64,000 bases of DNA from Elusimicrobiota bacterium (GTDB taxonomy: Bacteria > Elusimicrobiota > Elusimicrobia > F11): assembly GCA_046153645.1 (NCBI GenBank), contig JBJXGI010000099.1, positions 1 to 64,000 of the forward strand, in the 5' to 3' direction. A program made the position numbers and the translations under genes. The notes beneath the pieces are model-generated. The model had not been told where the DNA came from, searched no databases, and saw only the letters and a program-made list of their open reading frames with translations. Shown here piece by piece: positions 44,380 through 53,484 of the stretch; within the stretch, counting starts at the first letter, position 1; the number at the start of each line of letters is the position of its first letter.

Positions 44380-45033
44380 ATGAGTAGTTTAAAATTTAAA
44401 GCAATTATTTTTGATTTAGATGGAACACTGATTGACTCTAGAAGTGATTTAGCCGCCGCCGTCAACTATTCGCTTGAGAGTTTAGGTAAAAGGAAAAAAA
44501 AAGAACAAGATATTATTCCGAACGTTGGAAATGGTCTTGAAAAACTTTTAACAGATGTTTTTGGAAAGATCAGTGTCTCTGAACTGTCAAAAGCCATTTC
44601 ATTCTTTAATGAATATTATGCGCATCATTGTCTTGATAAAACAAAGCTTTATGATGGGGTTTTTGAATTTATTAGTGAGAATAAGTCCGAAATTGTTTTT
44701 TCAGTTGTTACTAATAAGCCTTTTTATTTTTCTGAGAAGATCTTGGGTCATTTTTTCCCCGAAGGTGATTTTCCTGTGATAGTGGGGGGAGATTCCACTC
44801 CGTATAAAAAACCCTATCCAGAGCCGGTATTGCACGCTCTTCGGTCTCTTAATTTAAGCAATCAAGATGTTTTGATGATTGGAGACGGAGAGCAAGATAT
44901 TTTAGCGGCCAAAGCAGCGGGTGTTAAGATTGGATTGGTTACTTATGGGTTTGGTTTTAAAAAAGAAATGCTTACAATGAACCCTGATTTTGTTTTTACA
45001 AATTTAGCTGAAGTAAAGGAGATATTGACATGA
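44380..45033 (+). CDS. HAD phosphatase (phosphoglycolate phosphatase-like)
   Basis: FDLDGTLIDS, VTNKP, KKPYP, IGD. Confidence 0.85.
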   Translation: MSSLKFKAIIFDLDGTLIDSRSDLAAAVNYSLESLGKRKKKEQDIIPNVGNGLEKLLTDVFGKISVSELSKAISFFNEYYAHHCLDKTKLYDGVFEFISENKSEIVFSVVTNKPFYFSEKILGHFFPEGDFPVIVGGDSTPYKKPYPEPVLHALRSLNLSNQDVLMIGDGEQDILAAKAAGVKIGLVTYGFGFKKEMLTMNPDFVFTNLAEVKEILT

Positions 45034-46190
45034 CTGTTGCGCCATTAACAAATGAGGAAATCCTTCGATATTCTCGTCACTTAATTCTTCCTGAAGTAGG
45101 AAAAGCTGGTCAAGAAAAATTAAAGGCATCGAAAATTTTATTAATTGGATCGGGTGGACTTGGTTCTCCCAATGCTTTGTACCTTGCTGCCGCAGGAATC
45201 GGTACGATCGGTATTATTGATTTTGATGTGGTGGATCACACCAATTTACAACGTCAGTTATTATTTGGCTCTGATTCTGTCGGAATTCCAAAAGTAGAGG
45301 CCGCTAAAAAAAGAATTCAAGAAATCAACCCCAATACAATTGTAAATGCCTACAACGAAAAATTGTCGAGTGAAAATTCGATGAAGCTATTTAAAGACTA
45401 CGACTTAATTATTGATGGAACTGATAATTTTCCGACTCGCTATCTCACCAATGATACTTGTGTGTTCCTCAATAAGCCTAATATTTATGGAAGCATTTTT
45501 AGATTCGAAGGCCAGGCCACCGTATTTGCGCCAAAAGAAGGCCCTTGTTACCGGTGCTTGTATCCAGAGCCACCGCCACCCGGAGAAGTTCCTTCTTGTG
45601 CGGAAGGTGGTGTTTTGGGCATTCTCCCTGGTTTGGTTGGAATGATTCAAGCATCTGAAGCTGTTAAATGGATTTTAGGAAAGGGAACCTCATTGGTAGG
45701 AAGGCTTCTCCAAATCAGTGTTCTTGATATGAGTTTTAGAGAAGTGAAAATTAGAAGAGACCCCACTTGCCCTGTTTGTGGAGATAACCCTACCATTAAA
45801 GAATTAATTGATTATGAACAATTCTGTGGTATTGGACTGGGCATGGAAGCTCCTGAAGCCAATACCGATGGCGTCCAGGAAATAACGGTTGAGGAACTTA
45901 AAAATCTTTATGCTAAAAATGGAAAAGCTCTCAATATTATCGATGTGAGAGAACCCTATGAGTATGAAATTTCTAAATTACCAGGGACTCAATTAATTCC
46001 ACTTGGAACGTTGATGGATCACGTTAATGAACTTGATTCAAGTAAAGAATACATCATTCACTGCCGATCAGGAGCCAGATCTGCCAAAGCCATTCAGCAA
46101 CTTCAGAAGTTAGGTTTCAAAAAACTCAAAAATCTGAAGGGTGGAATTAACGCTTACGCAGATATAGATTCTTCGATAGCGAAATATTAG
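45030..46190 (+). CDS. moeB: MoeB/ThiF adenylyltransferase with C-terminal rhodanese (MoeZ-like)
   Basis: RYSRH, GSGGLG, NLQRQ, CYRCLYP, SCAEGGV, rhodanese CRSGARS. Confidence 0.9.
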   Translation: MTVAPLTNEEILRYSRHLILPEVGKAGQEKLKASKILLIGSGGLGSPNALYLAAAGIGTIGIIDFDVVDHTNLQRQLLFGSDSVGIPKVEAAKKRIQEINPNTIVNAYNEKLSSENSMKLFKDYDLIIDGTDNFPTRYLTNDTCVFLNKPNIYGSIFRFEGQATVFAPKEGPCYRCLYPEPPPPGEVPSCAEGGVLGILPGLVGMIQASEAVKWILGKGTSLVGRLLQISVLDMSFREVKIRRDPTCPVCGDNPTIKELIDYEQFCGIGLGMEAPEANTDGVQEITVEELKNLYAKNGKALNIIDVREPYEYEISKLPGTQLIPLGTLMDHVNELDSSKEYIIHCRSGARSAKAIQQLQKLGFKKLKNLKGGINAYADIDSSIAKY

Positions 46191-46197
46191 AATGCCA

Positions 46198-46272
46198 CTT
46201 CTAATTTCTATTTTCTCATGCTAATTCCATAACCAAAAATAGCATGGGAAATTAGACAATAGAAGTTAGAAG
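46198..46272. repeat. Modular imperfect hairpin repeat, copy 2
   Basis: CTTCTAATTTCTATT pairs with AATAGAAGTTAGAAG. TTCTCATGCTA pairs with TAGCATGGGAA. Confidence 0.85.
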
Positions 46273-46296
46273 AAAAATTTTGAGAGACAAATTTTT

Positions 46297-46373
46297 GGTG
46301 CGGTACCCAAGTGGCCTAAGGGGAGAGTCTGCAAAACTCTTATTCGTCGGTTCGACTCCGACCCGCACCTCCA
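46297..46373 (+). tRNA. tRNA-Cys(GCA)
   Basis: GGTGCGG/CCGCACC acceptor, AGAGT-CTGCAAA-ACTCT arm, ends TCCA. Confidence 0.95.
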
Positions 46374-46441
46374 TTTAAAATTTAAAAATGTTAGTATTCG
46401 TCGTTCTTGGAATTTTTTTTGTGAATTAACAAATCCAATAA

Positions 46442-46515
46442 GCGCGGTTAGCTCAGTTGGTTAGAGTACTTCCTTGACATGGAAGGGGTCAGAGGTTCGA
46501 ATCCTCTACCGCGCA
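46442..46515 (+). tRNA. tRNA-Val(GAC), CCA not encoded
   Basis: GCGCGGT/ACCGCGC acceptor, CTTCC-TTGACAT-GGAAG arm, GGTTCGAATCC. Confidence 0.93.
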
Positions 46516-46523
46516 GTTACTAA

Positions 46524-46595
46524 TTCTAATTTCCATTTTCTATTATCTAATTTCCCATTTTTTTGAAATTAGCATGAGATAATAGAAATTAGAAA
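46524..46595. repeat. Modular imperfect hairpin repeat, copy 3
   Basis: TTCTATTATCT/AGATAATAGAA and CTAATTTC/GAAATTAG pairings. Confidence 0.85.
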
Positions 46596-46628
46596 TAACC
46601 CCTCGTCTAATTAACTTATGGAGGGGAT

Positions 46629-46988
46629 ATGTCTTTTGCATTTGAAAATCTTGATGTTTATCAGCGGGCTCTCAAATTAAATGGAAGCATAGAAGGTCTT
46701 TGTCGATCATTAAAAGGTGTGGTAGCTTACCCTTATTTGGATCAGTTAACGCGGGCAGTTTTGTCAATCCCATTAAATATTGCAGAAGGGAATGGCCGTT
46801 GGCATGTCAAAGAAAAGAGACAGTTTTTTTGGATAGCGCGAGGATCAACGTTTGAAATTGTGCCAATTTTCCAAATTTTTTATCAAAAAGGATACATAAC
46901 TCAGGAATCCTATAACAGTTATTATCAGGAAGCTGAAGTAATATCAAAAATGTTAACAGCTCTTATAAAAGCTGTAGAAAAAATCTGA
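46629..46988 (+). CDS. Four-helix-bundle protein (23S rRNA IVP / bAvd-like family)
   Basis: FENLDVYQ, DQLTRAVLSIPLNIAEG, FFWIARGSTFE, KMLTALI. GGAGG SD. Confidence 0.9.
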   Translation: MSFAFENLDVYQRALKLNGSIEGLCRSLKGVVAYPYLDQLTRAVLSIPLNIAEGNGRWHVKEKRQFFWIARGSTFEIVPIFQIFYQKGYITQESYNSYYQEAEVISKMLTALIKAVEKI

Positions 46989-46995
46989 TAAAAAC

Positions 46996-47025
46996 TGAAA
47001 TTAGCATGAGAAAATAGAAATTAGA
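46996..47025. repeat. Half copy (right arm) of the modular repeat
   Basis: TGAAATTAGCATGAGAAAATAGAAATTAGA is 29/30 identical to 46564-46593. 46999-47025 is the exact reverse complement of 46200-46226. Confidence 0.9.
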
Positions 47026-47030
47026 TTATT

Positions 47031-48788
47031 ATGTCCACCCAAATAGAAAATAAAGAAGAATACCTTTACAAACTCCGACATTCTGCTGCTCATGTGTTAG
47101 CTGAGGCGGTGAAAGATTTATTCCCTGAAACAAAACTGACCATTGGCCCGCCCACTGAAGATGGTTTTTATTATGATTTTGATAGTCCACATCGATTTAC
47201 TATTGATGATTTAGCGGTTATTGAAAATAAGATGAACGAAAATCTTAAAACGGTTCATCCCTTTGAAGGTTCAGAAATTTCTCGCGCGGATGCGATTAAA
47301 TACTTTGAACAAAAATCTGAAAAATTTAAAGTTGAAATTATTAACGACCTTCCTCCAGAAACCAAAATTACTTTACATAAACATGGAAAATTTACGGACC
47401 TTTGTAAGGGCAATCATTTAGATTCCACTGCAGATATTAAGTATTTCAAGCTCTTAAAAGTGGCTGGTGCTTATTGGCGAGGAGATGAAAAACGTGAACA
47501 ACTCCAGCGCGTGTATGGGACCATTTGGACATCAAAAGAAGAATTAGATTCTTATCTCACCCAATTAGAAGAAGCCAAAAAACGCGATCACCGTGAATTG
47601 GGGCCCAAACTAGGTTTATTTACCATCGAACATGACGAAGTGGGAAGTGGACTTGTGTTGTGGCTTCCAAAAGGAGCTTTGATTCGCCATTTCATTGAAG
47701 ATTATTTAAAGAAGTTACATTTAGAAAATGGTTATCAGTTTGCCATATCGCCGCATGTGGGATTATCAAAACTTTGGGAAACCAGCGGGCATTTGGATTT
47801 TTATAAAGAAAATATGTTTCCTGAAATGAAATTGGAAAACCAATCGTTTTATTGCAAACCCATGACTTGCCCTTTTCATATTTCCATTTATAAAACCACG
47901 TTGCATAGTTATAGAGAGCTTCCTATTCGAATGTACGAACATGGAACCGTTTACCGGTTTGAGCGCAGTGGAGTGCTTCACGGCACTTTACGCGTGAGAG
48001 GTTTCACTCAAGACGATACTCATATTTTCTGTCGCCAAGATCAATTAGAAGATGAAATTAAAAACGTGATGCTGCTGGCTAAAAAAATATTAAGTGATTT
48101 TGGATTTTTTGATTATGAAATTAAACTCTCAACGCGTCCCAAAGAGTTTGTGGGGGATCCCGCTCGCTGGGAATTGGCCGAAAAAGTTTTAGCTGACGCG
48201 CTTCATAATGCTGGTTTCAAATATGAAGTAGATCCTGGACAAGGTGCTTTTTATGGTCCTAAAATTGATTTGAAAATTAAAGATTCCATTGGTCGGCGGT
48301 GGCAATGTTCGACTGTGCAGGTTGATTTTAATTTGCCGGATCGATTTAAAGCGACTTATCGAAATGATGAGGGCAAAGATACGCCTGTGTTTATGGTTCA
48401 CCGCGCTATTCTGGGATCTATTGAACGCTTTTTTGGAATTTTAGTGGAACATTTTTCTGGCGCTTTTCCACCTTGGTTGGCACCTGTTCAGGCGGTGGTT
48501 CTCCCTATTTCTGATAAACAAATTCCTTATGCTGAAAAGATTGTAAAAGAACTTAAAGAAAGTGGTTTTAGGGCTGAATTAAGAGCTGAAAATGAAAAAG
48601 TAGGGGCCAAAATTCGAACAGCCACTCTGGAAAAAATTCCTTATATGTTAGTTGTAGGGGCTAAAGAAGAGGCCGTTGGTTCTGTCTCGGTGAGGTCTCG
48701 CACGGGTAAAGATCACGGAGTGCTTTCTTTGGCTCAATTTATTTCGCAATTACAAGCTGAAATTGTTGAGAAGAAACAAGTATCCTGA
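47031..48788 (+). CDS. thrS: Threonyl-tRNA synthetase (short form, no N-terminal TGS domain)
   Basis: LRHSAAH, GFYYDF, DLCKG, GAYWRG, RDHR, FTQDD, FYGPKID, HRAILGSIERF. Confidence 0.98.
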   Translation: MSTQIENKEEYLYKLRHSAAHVLAEAVKDLFPETKLTIGPPTEDGFYYDFDSPHRFTIDDLAVIENKMNENLKTVHPFEGSEISRADAIKYFEQKSEKFKVEIINDLPPETKITLHKHGKFTDLCKGNHLDSTADIKYFKLLKVAGAYWRGDEKREQLQRVYGTIWTSKEELDSYLTQLEEAKKRDHRELGPKLGLFTIEHDEVGSGLVLWLPKGALIRHFIEDYLKKLHLENGYQFAISPHVGLSKLWETSGHLDFYKENMFPEMKLENQSFYCKPMTCPFHISIYKTTLHSYRELPIRMYEHGTVYRFERSGVLHGTLRVRGFTQDDTHIFCRQDQLEDEIKNVMLLAKKILSDFGFFDYEIKLSTRPKEFVGDPARWELAEKVLADALHNAGFKYEVDPGQGAFYGPKIDLKIKDSIGRRWQCSTVQVDFNLPDRFKATYRNDEGKDTPVFMVHRAILGSIERFFGILVEHFSGAFPPWLAPVQAVVLPISDKQIPYAEKIVKELKESGFRAELRAENEKVGAKIRTATLEKIPYMLVVGAKEEAVGSVSVRSRTGKDHGVLSLAQFISQLQAEIVEKKQVS

Positions 48789-48840
48789 ATTGTCATTTCC
48801 GAAAATTGTGCGTAATGTGAAGTAAGGGATGATAAATAAA

Positions 48841-48869
48841 TTGACATTTCCCTCTCATGTTGTTATATT
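48841..48869 (+). promoter_or_regulatory. Sigma70-type promoter for the infC operon
   Basis: TTGACA-17 nt-TATATT with an extended -10 TG. Confidence 0.7.
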
Positions 48870-48895
48870 TTCACTTCAAAATTTAGATGTAAAGG

Positions 48896-48927
48896 AAGGG
48901 ATGGGGCATTCATACCATCCCTTTTTT
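48896..48927 (+). promoter_or_regulatory. Terminator-like leader hairpin upstream of infC
   Basis: AAGGGATGG-10 nt-CCATCCCTT followed by TTTT, between the promoter and the SD. Confidence 0.6.
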
Positions 48928-48940
48928 AACGGAGGAAAGC

Positions 48941-49459
48941 ATCGCAAAGCAACCTTTAGTAAGAATCAACCAATGGATTAGAGCTCCACAAATACGATTA
49001 GTAGATGCCGCTGGAGAAATGTTAGGCGTCAAAACCATCCAAGAAGCTCTCAAACTTGCCGAAGATTCTGGCTATGATCTCATAGAAATTGCGCCATCAG
49101 CAGTGCCACCTGTTTGTAGATTAGGAAATTACTCCAAATTTCTTTACGAAAAAGAGAAAAAGGCCAAGGAAGCTCGTAAAAACCGAGGCGGGGGCCAAGT
49201 TAAAGAAGTGCGAATGCGCCCCAAAATTGGTGAACATGATTTAGTTACCAAAATTAATCAGGTTGTTCGTTTTTTAAAAGAGCATCATAAAGTTCGCATT
49301 ACAATTATATTTTTTGGTCGAGAAATGGAACACCAGGAAATTGTGAACAAAATGCTGACTCGAATTGAACAAGATATTCAGGGTGTTGGTGTTATTGAAC
49401 AACAGCCTCAATTATACGGAAATCGACTTATTTCGATTATTGTGCCTCATAAAGGATAA
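48941..49459 (+). CDS. infC: Translation initiation factor IF-3 (ATC start)
   Basis: GGAGG at 48931-48935, then ATC in frame, adding AKQPLVRINQWIRAPQIRLVD, the conserved IF3 N-terminus missed by the ORF track. Confidence 0.92.
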   Translation: MAKQPLVRINQWIRAPQIRLVDAAGEMLGVKTIQEALKLAEDSGYDLIEIAPSAVPPVCRLGNYSKFLYEKEKKAKEARKNRGGGQVKEVRMRPKIGEHDLVTKINQVVRFLKEHHKVRITIIFFGREMEHQEIVNKMLTRIEQDIQGVGVIEQQPQLYGNRLISIIVPHKG

Positions 49460-49472
49460 TGAAGGAAAGGTT

Positions 49473-49670
49473 ATGCCAAAATTAAAATCACATAGTGGAG
49501 CAAAAAAACGTTTTAAATTTACAGCTCGTGGAAAAGTGAAGTATAAACGAGCGGGAGCCCGGCACTTATTACAAGGAATGTCTTCTTCCCGAAGTCGTTT
49601 CCTTCGACGTCCGGATATTCTCAATGAAACCCAAACTAAAATGATCAAGAAAATCTTGCCTTACGGCTAA
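49473..49670 (+). CDS. rpmI: 50S ribosomal protein L35
   Basis: MPKLKSHSGAKKRF...HLL...LPY. Confidence 0.97.
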   Translation: MPKLKSHSGAKKRFKFTARGKVKYKRAGARHLLQGMSSSRSRFLRRPDILNETQTKMIKKILPYG

Positions 49671-49690
49671 ATAACTCAAGGATAAATCAA

Positions 49691-50053
49691 ATGCGTGTTC
49701 GTAGCGTAACATATACCCGTCAAAGAAAGAAAAAACACTACCGCCGAGCCAAAGGCGCGTATGCCACAAAGAAAAATCGTTGGAGAATGGTTAAACAACA
49801 CCTTCGTAAAGTAGGTGTTTACTCTTACGTTGGAAGAAAAGATCGTAAATCAGATTTTAGAAGCCTCTGGATTATGCGTATTAACGCTGCTTCCCGTGAA
49901 TGGGGTGGTTTAACTTATGGTCAACTCATTCATGGCTTAAAAAATGCCAATGTGATTGTGGACCGGAAAATGTTAGCTGATCTTGCCATTAATGATGTCC
50001 CTGCTTTCACTGAGCTTGCTCAATTGGCCAAACAAAATCAAAAAGCCGCCTAA
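49691..50053 (+). CDS. rplT: 50S ribosomal protein L20
   Basis: AKG, RKSDFRSLWIMRINAA, DRKMLADLA. Confidence 0.97.
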   Translation: MRVRSVTYTRQRKKKHYRRAKGAYATKKNRWRMVKQHLRKVGVYSYVGRKDRKSDFRSLWIMRINAASREWGGLTYGQLIHGLKNANVIVDRKMLADLAINDVPAFTELAQLAKQNQKAA

Positions 50054-50077
50054 TTAATTTTCATCCCTTCTCAAGAT

Positions 50078-51127
50078 ATGGATATCAAAGCGATTGAACA
50101 AGCTGCGTTAGCCGATCTTGAGAAGGTTTCTAACCTTAAAGACCTCGAAGTTATTTCGATTAAGTACTTGGGTCGTAAAGAAGGGGAATTAACAAAAATT
50201 CTCCGTCAGTTGGGTTCTCTCTCTCCCGAAGAAAAAAAACAATTAGGGCAATCTGCAAACGAGTTAAGAGTTCTTCTAGAATCCAAAGTATCTGAAAAAC
50301 AAAAAGAGCTTGAGAGTCATGCGCTTTTAGAAAGTTTATCTAAAGATAAACTTGATCTTTCTCTTCCTGGTGTTCCCATCATTCGTGGTTCAAGTCATCC
50401 TATTTTAAAAGCAATTCAAGAAATATCTGCGATCTTTCAACAATTGGGTTTTGATAGTGTAGAAGGCCCTGAAATAGAAAACGACTCTAATAATTTTACC
50501 GATCTTAATATTCCTTTAGATCACCCCGCGCGTGATATGCATGACACGTTTTATCTTGAAAAAGAAATAGGAAGTCTTTTACTTCGAACCCATACGTCTC
50601 CCGTACAAATTCGGGTTATGAAAACCAATAAACCGCCTATTAGAATTATTTCTCCAGGAAGAGTTTTTAGAAATGAAGCCACAGATGCAACTCACGCGGC
50701 TGTTTTTCATCAAATTGAAGGGCTTTATGTGGCAGAAAAAGTTTCCTTTGCCGATTTAAAAGGAACCCTGACCTACTTTGCCCAAAAGTATTTTGGCTCT
50801 CAAACCAAAGTTCGATTCCTGCCTAGTTATTTTCCTTTTGTAGAACCTGGTGCTCAAATGGATGTTTCTTGTTTTGCTTGCGCAGGCAATAAGGTGCTAC
50901 CCTCTGGAGAAAATTGTTCTCTATGCAAAGCAACGGGTTGGATTGAAATGTTGGGAGCGGGCATGGTTCATCCTCAAGTTTTAAAAAATGTCGGTTATGA
51001 TCCCAAGAAAGTTTCAGGATTTGCTTTTGGCATGGGGGTTGAACGAATCGTGATGACTCGTTATAAAGTTCGTGATATTCGACTCTTCTTAGATTCTGAT
51101 CTTCGTTTTTTGGAGCAATTTAAATGA
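50078..51127 (+). CDS. pheS: Phenylalanyl-tRNA synthetase alpha subunit
   Basis: HPARDMHDTFY, LRTHTSPVQ, FHQIEG, GFAFGMGVER. Confidence 0.98.
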   Translation: MDIKAIEQAALADLEKVSNLKDLEVISIKYLGRKEGELTKILRQLGSLSPEEKKQLGQSANELRVLLESKVSEKQKELESHALLESLSKDKLDLSLPGVPIIRGSSHPILKAIQEISAIFQQLGFDSVEGPEIENDSNNFTDLNIPLDHPARDMHDTFYLEKEIGSLLLRTHTSPVQIRVMKTNKPPIRIISPGRVFRNEATDATHAAVFHQIEGLYVAEKVSFADLKGTLTYFAQKYFGSQTKVRFLPSYFPFVEPGAQMDVSCFACAGNKVLPSGENCSLCKATGWIEMLGAGMVHPQVLKNVGYDPKKVSGFAFGMGVERIVMTRYKVRDIRLFLDSDLRFLEQFK

Positions 51128-53484
51128 AAGTTAGTTTAAATTGGCTAAAAGAATTATTTCCTACCAATCTAGCTGTTCAAGATATTTCTGATCGCTTAGC
51201 GCAACTAGGTTTTCCTGTTGCAGGTGTTGAAAAGAAAGGGATTGCTGTTGAAAATGTTATTACCGCTAAAATTTTAAATGTTGAAAAACATCCCAATGCT
51301 GACCGGTTGAGAATAGCCACTGTGAGCGATGGGAAAACAGAAAAAAGAATTGTTTGTGGCGCTCCCAACATCGAAAGTGGGCAAATTGTACCTTTGGCGC
51401 TTCCTGGTGCTGAATTACCCGGGGGACTTAAGATCGCGATTTCCTCTATAAGAGGGGTGGAATCAGCGGGAATGCTTTGTTCTGAACGTGAGTTAGGTTT
51501 GTCCACTGAGCACGCGGGAATACTAATTTTGCCAAGCGGAACTGAACTTGGGAAAGAAGTAAAAGAGGTTTTAGGGGGGAATGATGTCGTTTTCGATATT
51601 GAAATTACACCCAATCGTTCCGATTTATTAAGTCATGTGGGAGTTGTCAGAGAGCTGGCTGCTTCTGAGAAAAAAAACTTCAAGCCTGCTGTTATCAAGT
51701 TACCTGAATTATTAGAAAAGACTTCTAAATTTAAAATTTCAATTGAAGATAAAGCCAAATGTCAGCGTTATATTGGAAAAATTATTAAAGGGGTCAAGGT
51801 TCAACCTTCTCCTCTTTGGCTGAGTGAGCGATTAAAGGCTTGTGGGATTCGTCCTATTAATAACGTGGTTGATATTACGAATTATGTTCTTTTAGAGTGG
51901 GGGCACCCGCTTCATGCGTTTGATTTGAATTTATTGTCGGGGGGAGAATTGAGTGTTCGTTTAGCCAAGGAAAACGAAACAATAAAAGCTCTCGATGGAA
52001 AAACCTATCCACTTTCTTCAGATGATTTGGTTATTGCTGATGGTTCTGCTCCTGTTGCCATTGCTGGTGTTATGGGGGGAGAGGCTTCAGGGGTTACGGA
52101 TCAAACTGTTGATATCCTTCTTGAAAGTGCTGTTTTTGATCCAAAACAGGTGAGGAAAACCTCCCGAAAATGCGACCTTAAGTCTGAAAGTTCGCTTCGC
52201 TTTGAAAAAGGAACGCATCCAGAAATGGCTCAAATGGCTTCAGATAGAGCCGCTCAGTTGCTTCTTGAGTTGGCTGGTGGAACTTTGGTTTCGGAAATTG
52301 ATAAGGCTTTAGTTAAACACTCTTCTACGAAAATTTCAGTCTCTTTATCTGAAATAGAAAATATGTTAAATATTAAAATAAAAATTAAAGATGCACAAAA
52401 AATATTTGATTGTCTTGGATTTGTACCAAGTTTAAAGGGCAGTGTTATTACTTGTATTGTGCCTCATTATAGAAGAGATATTCAAGAACCGGTTGACTTA
52501 ATTGAAGAGCTGGCTCGATTGATTGGATATGAAAAAATCCCCACTCATTTACCTGTGGCCGCCTTGGGGCAATTATCAAGTGAGTATCGCTCTCCTTCTT
52601 TAACTCTTTTTCAGGAAACATTAAAAGGGGCGGGGATCTCAGAAACAATAACGCACTCTTTTTGTTCTGAAAGCCAGCTCATTGAATTGGGTTTTAGTCT
52701 TGATAGCGTCATTCGACTGGCCAATCCTTTGGCTAAAGACGAAGGTCTTATGCGGCCTTCTTTGATTGTTAATTTGCTTAAAGCGGTCCAAAAAAACACC
52801 AATCAACAACGAAAATCAATCTCTTTTTTTGAAATAGGAAAACGGTTTTTAGGAACAGAGTCATTGGGTATTGGAATTGTCGTTTCAGGAGAGAATGTTT
52901 CAGAATCATGGAAAAAGACCCAATCAAAATTTGATTTCTACGCTTTAAAATCGATTTTAGAGTTATTGATTAAACAAACTGGCATTCAGCTTCAGTTAAA
53001 AGAAGGAGTCTCAGTCAATTATTTACACCCTCATCAGTCCTATAATTTATTATGCCGAGGTGAGAAGATAGGATACATGGGTTTTCTTCATCCCAGTGTT
53101 GTTCGTTCTTTGGATATTTCACCTGCCACAGGTGTTATTGAGTTTAATCTTGATGTTGCCTTAGAATCAATAAAACGAACCGAAACTTTTTTACCGATAT
53201 CGAAGTTTTCTTTTGTTGAAAGAGACATTGCTGTTTTAGTCCCAGTTGATACAAAGTGGGAGAAAATTGAGAAACAAGTTCAAAAGGTGTCGGGGCCTCT
53301 ATTGAAACATGTTTTTCCTTTTGATGTTTTTATGGGTGGAAGTTTACCTGAAAATGAAAAGAGCATTGCCTTTCGTGTCCAATTGCAACATGCTGATCAT
53401 GCTTTATCGGAAGCAGAAATTACTTCCACAGTAGATTCTATTCGACAAGCTTTAAAGGATCAGTGCGGTGCCAAATCCCGCTAG
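51124..53484 (+). CDS. pheT: Phenylalanyl-tRNA synthetase beta subunit
   Basis: HPNADRL, VCGAPN, TPNRSD, INNVVDITNY, RFEKG, DLIEELAR. Confidence 0.98.
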   Translation: MKVSLNWLKELFPTNLAVQDISDRLAQLGFPVAGVEKKGIAVENVITAKILNVEKHPNADRLRIATVSDGKTEKRIVCGAPNIESGQIVPLALPGAELPGGLKIAISSIRGVESAGMLCSERELGLSTEHAGILILPSGTELGKEVKEVLGGNDVVFDIEITPNRSDLLSHVGVVRELAASEKKNFKPAVIKLPELLEKTSKFKISIEDKAKCQRYIGKIIKGVKVQPSPLWLSERLKACGIRPINNVVDITNYVLLEWGHPLHAFDLNLLSGGELSVRLAKENETIKALDGKTYPLSSDDLVIADGSAPVAIAGVMGGEASGVTDQTVDILLESAVFDPKQVRKTSRKCDLKSESSLRFEKGTHPEMAQMASDRAAQLLLELAGGTLVSEIDKALVKHSSTKISVSLSEIENMLNIKIKIKDAQKIFDCLGFVPSLKGSVITCIVPHYRRDIQEPVDLIEELARLIGYEKIPTHLPVAALGQLSSEYRSPSLTLFQETLKGAGISETITHSFCSESQLIELGFSLDSVIRLANPLAKDEGLMRPSLIVNLLKAVQKNTNQQRKSISFFEIGKRFLGTESLGIGIVVSGENVSESWKKTQSKFDFYALKSILELLIKQTGIQLQLKEGVSVNYLHPHQSYNLLCRGEKIGYMGFLHPSVVRSLDISPATGVIEFNLDVALESIKRTETFLPISKFSFVERDIAVLVPVDTKWEKIEKQVQKVSGPLLKHVFPFDVFMGGSLPENEKSIAFRVQLQHADHALSEAEITSTVDSIRQALKDQCGAKSR

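Noticed and set aside
46395..46406. TATTCGTCG(G)TTC partial copy of tRNA-Cys as an att remnant
   Set aside because: Only about 12 nt, it does not include the tRNA 3' end, and there is no integrase nearby.
46629..46988. Diversity-generating retroelement (Avd-like gene)
   Set aside because: No reverse transcriptase and no TR/VR pair seen in the window.
46198..47025. CRISPR array
   Set aside because: The repeats are few, in mixed orientation and lack regular unique spacers. No cas genes are in the window.
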